DNA of 64,000 nt, taken from NCBI GenBank assembly GCA_965248755.1, contig OZ252149.1:2624001-2688000 (forward strand). The letters are read 5' to 3'. The stretch comes from Candidatus Latescibacterota bacterium. GTDB taxonomy: Bacteria > Latescibacterota > CBDEFO01. This document shows positions 41,012 to 51,855 of this stretch, piece by piece. The notes beneath the pieces were generated by a model. It was not told the DNA's origin and made no database searches. It saw only the letters and a program-made list of their open reading frames with translations. Both the position numbers and the translations under genes were made by a program. Numbering within the stretch: the stretch's first letter is position 1; each line of letters begins with the position of its first letter.

Positions 41012-41374
41012 AGTATTCTCATCCCCAGTTCTGTTTTGCGTGACATCGACCAATTCTCCCCTAAAAAGTCCTTCGATCCAGCTCGTAGCTTAATTCTGAC
41101 TTTCTGGGGATCCCTCAGATATAGAGACAACAACGTCCTTCGCCTTCAGATCCTCGAAGTCTCCAATGCACATAGTACAGCTGTTCCAGGTCAGGGCGGA
41201 CAGCTCTATGTGAAAGCTTTTGTTATATTTTATAAACTATATAACTAAAAAATATGCCCCTTTTTATATTTTGTCAAGTATTTTTTTATAAAGTCTTGCT
41301 TGTGACCGATTTTCATGTTATACTTCTTGTAACCTCTAAAGTTTACGAAAATTTAAGGAATGTGAAAATCCACT

Positions 41375-42004
41375 ATGAACGAAACGCCACAATCGACGCG
41401 TCAGGAGCTTCTTCAGACATTCAAGATGAATGGTGAGATGACTGTCGAGGCATTGAGCGCGCAGATCGGAATTACCACCATGGGAGTGCGACAGCACCTG
41501 GCAGTTCTGGAAAAAGATGGTCTGGTTTCCAGCCGGACTGTGCGCCAGAAGGTGGGGCGCCCCGCTCTCCATTTTCAGCTCACAGAGAGCGCCGAAGCCT
41601 TCTTTCCCCAGCAATATGGGCACTTTGCAACGAGCATTCTGGAGCAGATTCGCCAACTTGACGGAGATGAGAAGATCGATCTTATTCTTCGAAAAAGGGC
41701 CGAGTTACAGATCGAAGCTTACCGACAGAGAATAGAGGCAAAGCCTCTTTTAGAACAGGTAACGGAACTGGCCAGAATCAGAGACGATGAGGGATATATG
41801 GCTGAGGTTCGGGATCTTGGCGATGGCAGTTTTGAGCTCATTGAACACCACTGTCCGATTGCTGACGTTGCGCGTATGTGTGAAAAAGTTTGCACATACG
41901 AACTCGAGGTCTTTCGTCAGGTGCTCGATGCTGATGTGGTGTTTAGTGATCATAAGATGCGTGGCGATTCTCAGTGCAGCTACATTCTGAAAAAGAGAAA
42001 ATGA
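41375..42004 (+). CDS. SufR-like HTH transcriptional regulator (putative Fe-S binding)
   Basis: VRQHLAVLE..GLV...GRP, FPQQY, EHHCPI...C..E...C. Confidence 0.8.
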   Translation: MNETPQSTRQELLQTFKMNGEMTVEALSAQIGITTMGVRQHLAVLEKDGLVSSRTVRQKVGRPALHFQLTESAEAFFPQQYGHFATSILEQIRQLDGDEKIDLILRKRAELQIEAYRQRIEAKPLLEQVTELARIRDDEGYMAEVRDLGDGSFELIEHHCPIADVARMCEKVCTYELEVFRQVLDADVVFSDHKMRGDSQCSYILKKRK

Positions 42005-42039
42005 CAGGATACAAATATAGCCCCAGCTAATTACGGAGG

Positions 42040-42066
42040 AGGCTCGTCCAATATGGGCGGGCCTTT
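42040..42066. terminator. Hairpin between convergent genes
   Basis: AGGCTCGTCCA-ATA-TGGGCGGGCCT followed by TT. Confidence 0.5.
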
Positions 42067-42076
42067 GATATGTACG

Positions 42077-43201
42077 CTAAAACTGACCACTGCAGAGCTT
42101 CTCAATCATGCGCTGGTACGTTCCGACGGCCTCTCTAAGCTCTGCTATTTCAATCCACTCACCGACCGTATGCGCCTGGGCGATGTCTCCGGGACCCAGG
42201 ATCACGAGTTGAAGGTGATCTTTGAAGATCGCCGCATCTGTGCCAAACGGCACCGTTCTTGGTTTCTCCGCTCCAGTGGCTTCAAGCGCAATCTGAACGA
42301 TCTCTGCCTCAGGTGAAATGTAAAACGGACCGTTGACGGACGAGGCTACTTCAAAACCATAACTCATGGCTTTTCCCGCCACCATAGCGATCACGTCGTG
42401 ACTGCGATCGTTCGGCATCGTCCTGAATCCGATGGTGCAGATTGTCTTTTCTGCAGTAACGTTGGGCTTACAGCCGCCGTCATCCAGGACCATATTGAAT
42501 CCGATAGTCGGAGGATCGAACTGGTGATTCATAAACGACTCGTCGGTCTTGAACATCCTGGCCAGTTCGGCCATCTCTGCCAGAAAGGGAGCGATGAGGA
42601 AGTTCGCTGAGATGCCTAGATCGGCACTTGTATGGGCAGCCCTACCGTGAGCAGTCACGATCACTCGGCCGCCCCCCTTATGTGCGTAGACGGGAATCAG
42701 GCTTGTCGGCTCGGCTATCACACCGTATCTAGGACGAACCGTCTTGAAGTGAACGGACTCTTCAGCTACCTGGCAGGCGCCCTGACCCGTGATCTCCTCA
42801 TCCGCCGTGATGACAATAAGAAGGGGCCTCTTGAGTTTGGCGCCGTCGACTCTGGCCCCAGCGGCAATTGTGGCGGCCAGCGGACCCTTCATATCGCAAC
42901 TGCCAAGACCGATGAGGCGACCATCTTCAATTGCAGGATCTAACGCATCCCTGTCCCACTCGTCGGCAGGAACAGTATCCGAGTGTGATAACAGTGCAAA
43001 ACCACCTGCACCCTCGCCCTTCTTACCCACCAGACTGACCTTGTGCTCGCCGTTCAGGTCCACGTACTCCAGACGTTCTACTTCAAAGGAATACCGCTCC
43101 AACGTCTCTTCAAGGAGATCGGAAACTTGTGCGTTGCTCTCTCGGCTGACAGAGCCAACTGCTACGAGGTCTCTGGTAAGTTGAACTACGTCAACTTCCA
43201 T
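42077..43201 (-). CDS. M20 family deacylase (acetylornithine deacetylase ArgE-like)
   Basis: SHSDTVP, GLGSCDMKG, ADEE, AEPT, GPGDIAQAHT. Confidence 0.88.
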   Translation of the reverse strand: MEVDVVQLTRDLVAVGSVSRESNAQVSDLLEETLERYSFEVERLEYVDLNGEHKVSLVGKKGEGAGGFALLSHSDTVPADEWDRDALDPAIEDGRLIGLGSCDMKGPLAATIAAGARVDGAKLKRPLLIVITADEEITGQGACQVAEESVHFKTVRPRYGVIAEPTSLIPVYAHKGGGRVIVTAHGRAAHTSADLGISANFLIAPFLAEMAELARMFKTDESFMNHQFDPPTIGFNMVLDDGGCKPNVTAEKTICTIGFRTMPNDRSHDVIAMVAGKAMSYGFEVASSVNGPFYISPEAEIVQIALEATGAEKPRTVPFGTDAAIFKDHLQLVILGPGDIAQAHTVGEWIEIAELREAVGTYQRMIEKLCSGQF

Positions 43202-43471
43202 TTAGTAACTCCCATTTCAGAAAAGCGCTGTAACGCAGATTTTCCAACTGAGGATATTATATTGTAGCAAGAATAAGTTGTTTTGGCCAGAAAGTCAACT
43301 AAAAATTGACATCGCTATATACTGTCTGTCATTTTTCTACTGCAAGCACAAGAAGTTGATATTATCCCCACAATTCCAATTCACATCCCAAAGTTCCCTT
43401 TGTATCTCCCGTCCTGAAGTGGGTTATACAAGCTTCGTCAATATCCAGAACAACAAGGGCGACTAAACACG

Positions 43472-43615
43472 ATGATTAAGAAAGTTATCGCCCAAGCTCC
43501 CGACCGTGTAGTAGTCGCAGACATCCCTCTTCCCTTTACGCAGGCACCTGACGCTTACAGAATGCTCATGGAAAAGCCGCAGGAAAACGTTGCTGTCTTG
43601 TTGCAATGGGACTGA
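43472..43615 (+). pseudogene. Internally deleted Zn-dependent dehydrogenase (MDR) remnant
   Basis: MIKKVIAQAPDRVVVADIPLP joined directly to FTQAPDAYRMLMEKPQENVAVLLQWD, resembling MDR first and last segments. Confidence 0.55.
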
Positions 43616-43717
43616 GAAGAAGTAGAGAGAGTGCAGAGAGAGTGATTAGCCCAGTTAGTGTCTTTCTGCCACCCAGGCAAAGCGCGCAACGCCCCGAAGA
43701 ATCCCATGACGCCAACT

Positions 43718-44539
43718 TCACCTATCGGATAAGTCGTCTCCCAGATCGGTGGAGTCGAATTTGCCCTTTTCGAGGCAGACGGCCATGTTGATAAGCTCTA
43801 TATCCCGGTCCGTGTGGTTGTATATCCCGTGAGATCCTCCAAGCCTGTTAGGCACAATGTCGCCTGCCTTCACTTCCTCTGTCTCATCGTCCACAGTAAT
43901 TCTTCCGCTCCCCGAAAGTATTATATAGCACTCCTCCATTGTGTCGTGCTTGTGGTAGCCGATCGAACAGGCTGGAGGTATGAGTACGTGATGGCTGAAG
44001 CCCCAGGAGGTCTTAAAGTCTTTGTGAGACCAGAGTACCCGAATGCCGATTTCACCTTTGCCCTGATGAGCACTGCTGCTCCATTTTAGGAGGTTTTTGT
44101 CCAAATAGGCTTTTGGAAGCTTTTCCGGAGGACCGGGTTCTTCCTTTGCCAGGTCGTCTTCGAAGTTGCGGCAGTCGTATGGTAGGCCTGGGCTCACTAC
44201 CCCCATGTTCATAAACTGCGACTCCATGTCAGTGTGGTTGTAGAGGCCGTGCGAGTCTCCCTTAAAGCAGGGGACCATCACAGGGCCTTTGAGTTCTGCG
44301 GTGTTTCCGTTGTGCGTGAACATCGCGGCGTTGTCGAAGATCGTGTACATCTCCTCCATAGCCTCGTGGGCGTGGTGTCCGATGCCCGATTTTGGCGGCA
44401 GAACGCCCATGCCGATGAATAACCATGGCGTCTGAAAATCCTCTTCTCCCCACATATTCATATATTGTATCGCCCCAGCGCCAAAGTGGGACTTTTCGGG
44501 TTCTCCGTATTTCGCTGGGTCATTGTGAGCGATTCTCAT
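43718..44539 (-). CDS. Bicupin protein
   Basis: IGHHAH..MEE and IGYHKH..MEE cupin motifs, each with SHG.YNH. Confidence 0.85.
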   Translation of the reverse strand: MRIAHNDPAKYGEPEKSHFGAGAIQYMNMWGEEDFQTPWLFIGMGVLPPKSGIGHHAHEAMEEMYTIFDNAAMFTHNGNTAELKGPVMVPCFKGDSHGLYNHTDMESQFMNMGVVSPGLPYDCRNFEDDLAKEEPGPPEKLPKAYLDKNLLKWSSSAHQGKGEIGIRVLWSHKDFKTSWGFSHHVLIPPACSIGYHKHDTMEECYIILSGSGRITVDDETEEVKAGDIVPNRLGGSHGIYNHTDRDIELINMAVCLEKGKFDSTDLGDDLSDR

Positions 44540-44747
44540 GGCTTGTATCTCCTTTTTTCGTTATTGTGATAGGCTCAACCGAGGATATTATAAAGAAATT
44601 TGCGCCTGACATCAACACAAAAATGCAGGTTTTTAGTTTAGGATTGACGGGAGGGGATTTACTCTATATATTGGGATTATCAAAGTTTGCTCGATTGCTT
44701 TTCAGCTATCTTAGCGTCAGATGGAGAATATCACTCTGGAGGTAAAT

Positions 44748-44927
44748 ATGTCGATTGGATTTTGCGCCTATGCGTTCATGTATAGAACGGGATCTTGGGG
44801 GGGAAATCCTGACGTCTACGGGCTGATCAATCTGGCTTTTGAGAACGGATTGAAGAGTCTGGAATTTCCGCGCCTGTCCCGCCTGAGAAGACTGGCGCTC
44901 GCCCTGGGAGAGCAAGAAGTCTCATGA
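44748..44927 (+). pseudogene. N-terminal fragment of a sugar-phosphate isomerase/epimerase-like protein
   Basis: GGAGG-ATG; IGFCAYAF...LINLAFENGLKSLEF then early stop. Confidence 0.35.
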
Positions 44928-45388
44928 GATTTTACCCGATTACGAACTGATGGCCTTTAGGGAGATTGTGGACTTTATGAAAAGCAAGGGTCTCATTGGA
45001 AAGCAAATCCTTGACCTTCCAAGACTGAGGATAGTTCCGAACGCCTATTTAGCATCCCTTGCAATCGGGGCTATCTGTCTCGGAGAGACACAAATGGATT
45101 TGTCCAGACGAGGAAACTGATATTGATGAAATAAGCTCCGTAGACCTTGTTTACAAAACTTCACAGAGTATCGAGTCATATCCCATATGAATTGATGGGC
45201 TTTTTCTTTCGTCAACAGGACTAGCAACTCTTGTCGAAACTGGGTACAGTACTACGAGAGGGTATCTGTAAAACCCTTGTGAGAATGGTTTCTCAAGTGC
45301 TTGATTTTAGTGGGCCAATGTTTTTAATTAAGACTACAACAATCAAAAAAATCGTCAGTCTATATCGTAAGTATCTAAGGAGATCACC

Positions 45389-46177
45389 ATAAAAGTTCCT
45401 ATTCTCGTATATCACCACGTCCATCCCGATGCTGTGGCGGAAGCGAAGTCCACATTGAAAAAGAGTGCCACCGGCGCGATCGGACAAGCGGAGTTCCGAC
45501 GCCAGATGTCATATATAGCTGAAGAGGGATGGAAGGTTGTTTCCACCACTCGTATTCTGGATTGGCTACTTGATGATGTGCCACTTCCTTAACGATCAGT
45601 TGCCCTGCACTTTGACAACGGCTGGCTCGACACACGTACAGCAGCGATGCCTATCTTGCAGGAGTTCGGCATGACTGGAACTTGCTATTTGATCACCGAA
45701 GCGATCAACGCGTCCTCTGAGGGCAAATCCTCAACAATTCGTACTCAGACAGAAGGCCTAATCGAAAAGCCTTTTATGACGTGGGATCTTGCGGAGGAAC
45801 TGATCGAGGCAGGATGGGAAATCGGCGCACATACGGCCACCCACTGCAAGCTTGCGGATAAGCTTACCAACGAGGGCGACGAGGGCGTAATCTGGGAGGT
45901 GGAAAGCTCCAATAGTGTCTTTGCCGAGCGCCTGGGCTTTGTGGCCGCACATTTTGCCTACCCCAGCGGCTCGCGCAACGAAAGGACGGATGAACTGTTA
46001 GCTCCGTACTACCGTTCACTGCGTCTATGGCACTATGGCTATCCTATTGTGTGGACCTGTACTGATCGCAATACTTCTCGACTAGCTCTGGACTGTCAAA
46101 ATGTCGACAATACCGTCCCTTTTGAGGACTTTGTGCGCATCTTCAATGAGGCGCAGAACGGCGATCTCAATCCATAA
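45389..46177 (+). pseudogene. Polysaccharide deacetylase (NodB-like) with ATA start and in-frame TAA at 45590
   Basis: KVPILVYHHV...P*RSVALHFDNG, WEIGAHTATH, FAYPSG in one frame. Confidence 0.8.
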
Positions 46178-46907
46178 GAATCCCTCCGTTGACGTCCAGG
46201 ATCTCACCTGTGATGAATTTGGCTTTATCAGAGGCTAAAAAGACCACAGCTTGGGCTATGTCCTCAGCCTCGCCGAATCTTCCGAGCGGTATGCCCTTTA
46301 TGATAAATTCCCTCTGCTCCTTCGTGGTGACGTTGTGGAAGGGAGTGTTGATAGGTCCGGGGCAGATGGCGTTGACCGTCACCTGGTATGGAGCCAGTAT
46401 CTTGGCAAAGTTCTTGGTAACGCAGATTACTCCGGCTTTCGAGACGGAGTAGTTCATTCCTGTATATATGCCTCCTATTTTGCCCACAACGGACGATATA
46501 TTTACGATCCTTCCGTATTTCTGCTCCTGCATCTTCTTCATCACCGCCCGACAGCCCGTGAAGACCCCCCACAGTTGGATGTCGAAGACCCTATCCCATT
46601 CTTGCTTAGTCATATCCTCCACAGAGGTGGTACAGTTAAGTCCTGCGTTGTTGACCAGTATATCCACCCTGTCGAATCTGTCCAGAGTCACCTCCACCAT
46701 CTTTTGGACGTCGTTCTCGTCGGCGACGTTTACCTTGACGCAGAGCGTCTCTCCATCTTTGGCTTTGATTTCTTCCGCTACTTCCTCCGCTTTTTCCAGA
46801 TTCAGGTCGGCCAGGACTACAGAGGCCCCTTCATCTGCTAAAGCCTGTGTTGTGGCTTTGCCTATGCCTGAGGCGGCTCCTGTGACTATGGCTACTGTGT
46901 CCTTCAT
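46167..46907 (-). CDS. Short-chain dehydrogenase/reductase (FabG-like)
   Basis: TGAASGIG, NNAG, YSVSK, ITGEILDVNGG. Confidence 0.93.
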   Translation of the reverse strand: MKDTVAIVTGAASGIGKATTQALADEGASVVLADLNLEKAEEVAEEIKAKDGETLCVKVNVADENDVQKMVEVTLDRFDRVDILVNNAGLNCTTSVEDMTKQEWDRVFDIQLWGVFTGCRAVMKKMQEQKYGRIVNISSVVGKIGGIYTGMNYSVSKAGVICVTKNFAKILAPYQVTVNAICPGPINTPFHNVTTKEQREFIIKGIPLGRFGEAEDIAQAVVFLASDKAKFITGEILDVNGGILMD

Positions 46908-47226
46908 TTTTCACCTCCAATTTTCTATTCCCATTTCCCCACATACAGTTTCCGATTTTCCAGAGGCAGCGAAACCGCCTCCGCTGTGGCGGCGTAATCT
47001 GAAAAAAGTAGAGGACCAGCTCATGACTGGGACAGGTAGGTTGAGATCGCCCAACGTGTCAGAGTCTGCCCTAAAGTAGCAAATTCTTCGACCGCAGTCA
47101 ATAAAAAAGCCAAATCCGGGCAAAGAGCGAAAACTCCTTGTCTTTTAGACTCGATTTAGCTATACTTAGTAACTATATAGAAAGACGAGTCCCAGCTTCA
47201 ACTTCAATTTTGGAGGGTTTATTCCT

Positions 47227-48063
47227 CTGTCCACAACGAATTTCGTATGTCGAGTATGTCTCACCCTCATCGTCCTGTCTTCTGGATGCACCAGCGTGTC
47301 CAAGATGAAGCAGCAGTACGATTCCGGAGACGAGTCTAAGTTCCACGATCTGGTCAGGATAGTGGGCGATTACACATATCCTTACTCCACCAGGAAGAAG
47401 GCGGCTAGAGCCCTTGGCGAGATAGGCGATAAGAGAGCTGTCCCAGCGCTGGTAAGGGCTCTCGTCAGCGACGCCGACGGCAGAGACGGCCTTGAGAAGG
47501 AGGCCATAATAGCCTTGGGGAAGATAAAGGACAGTTCGGTAGTTCCCGCACTGGCGGCGGCTTTGACTACGAAGGAGGAACTCACGATAGACGCTACACG
47601 GGCCTTGGGGGAGATAGGCGGCCCCAGATCAGTAGAAGTCCTTGTAAACATGATCAAGTTCTACACCAGCATTGAGGAAAGGATGCATCTTAAGGCTCGG
47701 TTCCGGGACCCAACAGGTGTGCTGGAAGATGAAGATTCCCCTGACAGTTCAGAAGATAAGGAGGATAAATCGGATATCCCGACGGATCTATCCGTCGGCA
47801 AGAGGGACAGGCGCCCCGTAGCGCCGGGGGGCTTTTTCGGAGGTCCTAGACCCTTGCGTATCGAGGAGAAAGATGAAGCTGACAAGTTAGCCGAGCAGAT
47901 GGAGGAGACGGTAGCGGCGATGGTAACAATAGGAGATGAAGCCCTTCCCGTTCTGACAGAAGTGCTCGATACTCTCAAGCCCGGGGAGGAGAGATTAGGA
48001 GCCCATATAGCCGACATAATAAGCAGGATAACTGAAAATAGAGAGAATATCCAACAAAGGTGA
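47227..48063 (+). CDS. HEAT-repeat lipoprotein (apparent CTG or ATT start)
   Basis: AARALGEIGD..AVPAL repeats; in-frame lipobox-like LIVLSSGC lies upstream of the called GTG at 47296. Confidence 0.7.
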   Translation: MSTTNFVCRVCLTLIVLSSGCTSVSKMKQQYDSGDESKFHDLVRIVGDYTYPYSTRKKAARALGEIGDKRAVPALVRALVSDADGRDGLEKEAIIALGKIKDSSVVPALAAALTTKEELTIDATRALGEIGGPRSVEVLVNMIKFYTSIEERMHLKARFRDPTGVLEDEDSPDSSEDKEDKSDIPTDLSVGKRDRRPVAPGGFFGGPRPLRIEEKDEADKLAEQMEETVAAMVTIGDEALPVLTEVLDTLKPGEERLGAHIADIISRITENRENIQQR

Positions 48064-48064
48064 G

Positions 48065-49822
48065 TTAAGCCTTTTTATCTTCAGCTGATGCTATCAACCG
48101 TGGCGCCACAAAGAGGGTCTTTTCTCGCTGTATCAGGGCAAAGCCGGGTTCTCCTCCTTTTGGTTTATTGACATATTTGACGAGTGTATAATCTACGGGA
48201 ACTGTCTTCGATCCCTTAGCCTTGCTCCAAAACGCTGCAAGTGCTCCCGCTTCTTCCAGGGTCCTGCGGCTCGGTTCGTCTGACTTTATCTTCTTCTGGA
48301 GTATCACGTGCGAGCCGGGATAGCCTCTGGCGTGCAGCCATATATCGTCCCTTGACGCCTTTTTATGCGTTAGGATATCGTTTTCTTTATTGCTACGGCC
48401 GACCAGTACCGTCCATCCGTCGGAGGTCACGTACCTTCTGGGGCTTATCTTTGACGGGTCGCGGACTTTTTGCTTCTTATCGTCCTTCTTTTTAATGAGT
48501 CCTTCGGAAATAAGCTTGTCTTTGAGGTATTCTAATTTCCTCAAATCTTGAGCTGAGAGGAGGATTGAGCGATAGTTTTTTAGAGTCGAAAGCTGGCTCT
48601 TTGTAGCTTCAGTCCGACGATAGACGATTCTTCGGCTTGCTTTGGCTTTTCGGTACATCTTGAAGTATTCCTGGGCATTCTGGACGGCGGAGAGCCTAGG
48701 GTCGAGGTCGATTGAGATATTGGCTCCCTTTGGATCATAGACATCTTCAAGTTCTACGGACTCAGACCTTTTGGGGATTTTGTGGATATTGGACAGGAGT
48801 ATATTGCCTTTTTTTAGAGGAATTTCGGCCTCTTCGGCCCTTTGGAGGTCTCCTTTGAGGAGCTCAAGCCTCCTTTCGAGAGGCTTTATCTTCTGATCCA
48901 GGGTTGATCTCAACTCGACTTTGAGCCGATTTACCCGTTCTGACTCAACTTTGTGTCCAAAGACGGTCTCTATAGCTTCGCTGATGGGTAAAGGGCGGGA
49001 TTTTCGACTATGCTCTATAAAAGATAGATCCACCGAGGAAAAATCGAGCGGCTTGCCGTCGCGGTCTAGTATAACAAAGGCGTCCTTCGAATCGGGGTTC
49101 TCCCATTCGGAATAGAGTTCAAGGGCGGATTTCCATAAAGAATCTATCTTCTGGTCGCCCACCTGTCCGAGGCACATCGAACTTTCGAGTCCGGCTTTAA
49201 GGCATATCTCTTCGGATACGTGGCGGCTTAATCCCGTCAGCGTCTTGGAAAGGGCATGCGCTAGCTTATCTTCCGAAAGAGAATTGAGACGTTCCTTGAA
49301 TTGAAGGTGATCTGCATCCAGTGGAAATAGTCTGTCCTGAGGAGGCGGTGGACTGTAAGGAAGACCGGGCAATATCTCTCGGATCCTGCTCATTGTGGAG
49401 GTGACCCTTCGCACGCACCCGACTATCCGTCCGCTCGATTCGTCTATGGCTATTGTGTTGCTGTTTCTGCCCGAAAGTTCCAAGATTAGACGGGACTTTA
49501 TATCGCCTTCTACTTCGTCCTCCTTCTCAAGATGGATGGAGATAATACGGTCGGTGCGGTCGGGCCGGACGTCTTTAACGAACGATCCAGAGAGGTACTG
49601 TGAGGCCCAGTCAGGAGGGGAACCTCCTTTGCCCGGTCTTTCCGATGAGATCAGCATCCGGGCCAGATGCGGTGAGGCCGAGACCAAGACCCAGTCTCTC
49701 TTGTCGACCTCCAGCCACAGATCGTATTCTCCAGAAAGGCGCGCAGAGGTAATTTTACCTCCTTTCAACCTGTCTTTGAGTTCTTTAGATAAGGCTCTGA
49801 TTGTGAAATAGTCAAATGGCAT
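48065..49822 (-). CDS. rqcH: NFACT/RqcH (Rqc2, FbpA) ribosome quality-control protein
   Basis: DRII, ELSGRNSN, NAQEYFK.Y.KAK, VGRSNKEND, WLHARGYPGSHV, VDYT..KYV.KP. Confidence 0.88.
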   Translation of the reverse strand: MPFDYFTIRALSKELKDRLKGGKITSARLSGEYDLWLEVDKRDWVLVSASPHLARMLISSERPGKGGSPPDWASQYLSGSFVKDVRPDRTDRIISIHLEKEDEVEGDIKSRLILELSGRNSNTIAIDESSGRIVGCVRRVTSTMSRIREILPGLPYSPPPPQDRLFPLDADHLQFKERLNSLSEDKLAHALSKTLTGLSRHVSEEICLKAGLESSMCLGQVGDQKIDSLWKSALELYSEWENPDSKDAFVILDRDGKPLDFSSVDLSFIEHSRKSRPLPISEAIETVFGHKVESERVNRLKVELRSTLDQKIKPLERRLELLKGDLQRAEEAEIPLKKGNILLSNIHKIPKRSESVELEDVYDPKGANISIDLDPRLSAVQNAQEYFKMYRKAKASRRIVYRRTEATKSQLSTLKNYRSILLSAQDLRKLEYLKDKLISEGLIKKKDDKKQKVRDPSKISPRRYVTSDGWTVLVGRSNKENDILTHKKASRDDIWLHARGYPGSHVILQKKIKSDEPSRRTLEEAGALAAFWSKAKGSKTVPVDYTLVKYVNKPKGGEPGFALIQREKTLFVAPRLIASAEDKKA

Positions 49823-49980
49823 TTCAAAGTCGTGAAACTATGAATCACAAACGCAGTGAGATTATAGGTGGTTGCCTTAGTTTCGTTAAGAAAAGATAAC
49901 ATCGTTAGGTACATCTGTCAAGCTGGGAAGGCGATTATCTCTGACCGCTGATTGGACAGCTGAAATTAAATATGGAAGCA

Positions 49981-50459
49981 ATGTTAAGTTTTGCGGAATC
50001 TTATCTGGGTCAGCTTCGAAAGCTAGTCGGTAATCGGACTTAATCCACCCAGCCATAAGGGCCATTATTCAAGATAAGCAAGGACGAGTTCTATTCGTGC
50101 ACCGTAAGGATAATGACGAATGGGTCATGCCAGCAGGCTGTATGGAACTCGATGAGTCTGCCTTTGATTGTCTTAAACGAGAAGTTAAAGAAGAAACTGG
50201 GCTCGAGATAATATCTGCTACTCCAATCGCTATTTACTCTGAGCCAAGGTTTTCATTTACCAATGAATACGGCGCTGAGCATCAAATGTTTGCCATTGTA
50301 TTTAGGGTAGATGAATGGAGCGGCTTGCTGGTGTCCGAGACGGATGAGACGGTAGATGCACGCTTCTTTCCCGTAAATGAACTACCTGATATTCCGGACC
50401 TGTATCGGGAAACGTTGGAAGATCTAAAGAACTTTGATAGCCGATTGATTCTGAAGTGA
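49981..50459 (+). pseudogene. NUDIX hydrolase with 1-nt frameshift at ~50040
   Basis: SYLGQLRKLVGNR / LIHPAIRAII...; Nudix box G.MELDES..DCLKREVKEETG. Confidence 0.75.
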
Positions 50460-50585
50460 TGCGACTTCAGGATGTTGCGATGCTGCTGGCAAGCGGGTAG
50501 TCACGTAAGGAGTGAGGAACGTCCGCTGCGACGCAACGATTTTTACGAGCGCAACACTCTATTCTGTTGCAAAGGAGGTGCTCCC

Positions 50586-51728
50586 ATGGGAATGTTTGTC
50601 GGCAGAGGCAGAAAAGCCAGAAGGTGCTACGGCTTTGATGAAATATCTTTGGTGCCCGGAGATATCACCATCAATCCGAACGATGTGGATCCATCGTGGG
50701 AACTGTGCCGCAGGAGATTCGAAGTCCCTATAATAGCGGCGGCGATGGATGGGGTCGTAGATGTCAACTTCGCCATCCAGATGGGGCGTCTGGGAGGCCT
50801 GGCTGTTTTGAACTTAGAGGGGATTCAGACAAGATATGAAGACCCCAAGCCCATTTTCGAGGAAATAGCACAGGCCAGCTATAAGGAGGCCACAGCACTA
50901 GTTCAGGATATCTATAAGGAGCCGATCAAGGAGGAACTCGTCTTCAAAAGGATACGTCAGATCAAAGAGGCGGGAGTCCCGGCCGTAGTCTCTTCGATCC
51001 CTCAAAGAGCTGAAAGATTCGGGAAGATAGCACAAGAGGCCGAGGTGGATATCTTCGTGGTTCAGTCCACGGTAACTACGGCAAGGCATATTTCTACTGA
51101 GTACGAGACGCTCGATCTTGAGAAATTCTGCAATACAATGACCGCCCCGGTCATCACTGGGAACTGCGTGACCCACAGTACGGCTTTGGAGCTTATGCGC
51201 ACCGGCGTTGATGCTCTCCTGGTAGGGATCGGACCGGGGGCGGCCTGCACGAGCAGAGCCGTACTGGGAATCGGGGTCCCTCAGGTTACGGCTATCATAG
51301 ACTGCGCCTGGGCTCGGGATTTCTACTACAAACAGACGGCCAGGTACGTTCCGATCATCGCAGACGGCGGCATGAGTGCAGGAGGGGATATCTGCAAAGC
51401 CTTAGCCTGCGGAGCAGACGCGGTGATGGTCGGCTCTGCCTTTGCAAAGGCTAAGGAGTCTCCGGGGAAGGGTTACCACTGGGGTATGGCGACCCCCCAT
51501 GCTAATCTCCCCAGAGGCACCAGGATACACGTAGGAGTGACCGGAAGCCTTGAGCAGATAATCTACGGTCCGGCTGCCCTGGACGACGGATCTCAGAACC
51601 TGATGGGGGCCATAAGGACTTCGATGGGGAGTCTGGGCTCCCGTAACATCACAGAGATGCAGCTTGTGGAGATCATCATAGCCCCGGCTATAACTACAGA
51701 AGGCAAGGTCTTCCAGAACGCCCGGTAG
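50586..51728 (+). CDS. IMP dehydrogenase-related protein, GuaB3 family
   Basis: YGFDEISLVP, AAAMDGV, GIGPGAACTSR, IADGG, HWGMA. Confidence 0.88.
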   Translation: MGMFVGRGRKARRCYGFDEISLVPGDITINPNDVDPSWELCRRRFEVPIIAAAMDGVVDVNFAIQMGRLGGLAVLNLEGIQTRYEDPKPIFEEIAQASYKEATALVQDIYKEPIKEELVFKRIRQIKEAGVPAVVSSIPQRAERFGKIAQEAEVDIFVVQSTVTTARHISTEYETLDLEKFCNTMTAPVITGNCVTHSTALELMRTGVDALLVGIGPGAACTSRAVLGIGVPQVTAIIDCAWARDFYYKQTARYVPIIADGGMSAGGDICKALACGADAVMVGSAFAKAKESPGKGYHWGMATPHANLPRGTRIHVGVTGSLEQIIYGPAALDDGSQNLMGAIRTSMGSLGSRNITEMQLVEIIIAPAITTEGKVFQNAR

Positions 51729-51855
51729 TCAGTAGACAGATCGCCGATAGATTCAATCGAGGATTCCATCAGAGTGCCAGGGGAACTGTGCCCCCCTGCC
51801 TATCCACTTAAGGAAAGCTCTCAAGAGTGCCTTACCCAGGGGACCGAGGAGCAAA

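Noticed and set aside
44930..45300. Possible gene remnant between the isomerase stub and the deacetylase
   Set aside because: Multiple stops and no family recognisable by eye
45590..45592. In-frame stop in the deacetylase as recoding
   Set aside because: It is TAA, which ends many normal genes here; a nonsense mutation is simpler
46930..47090. GC-rich leader of the SDR gene as a known riboswitch
   Set aside because: Some hairpins, but no conserved motif of any class I can recognise
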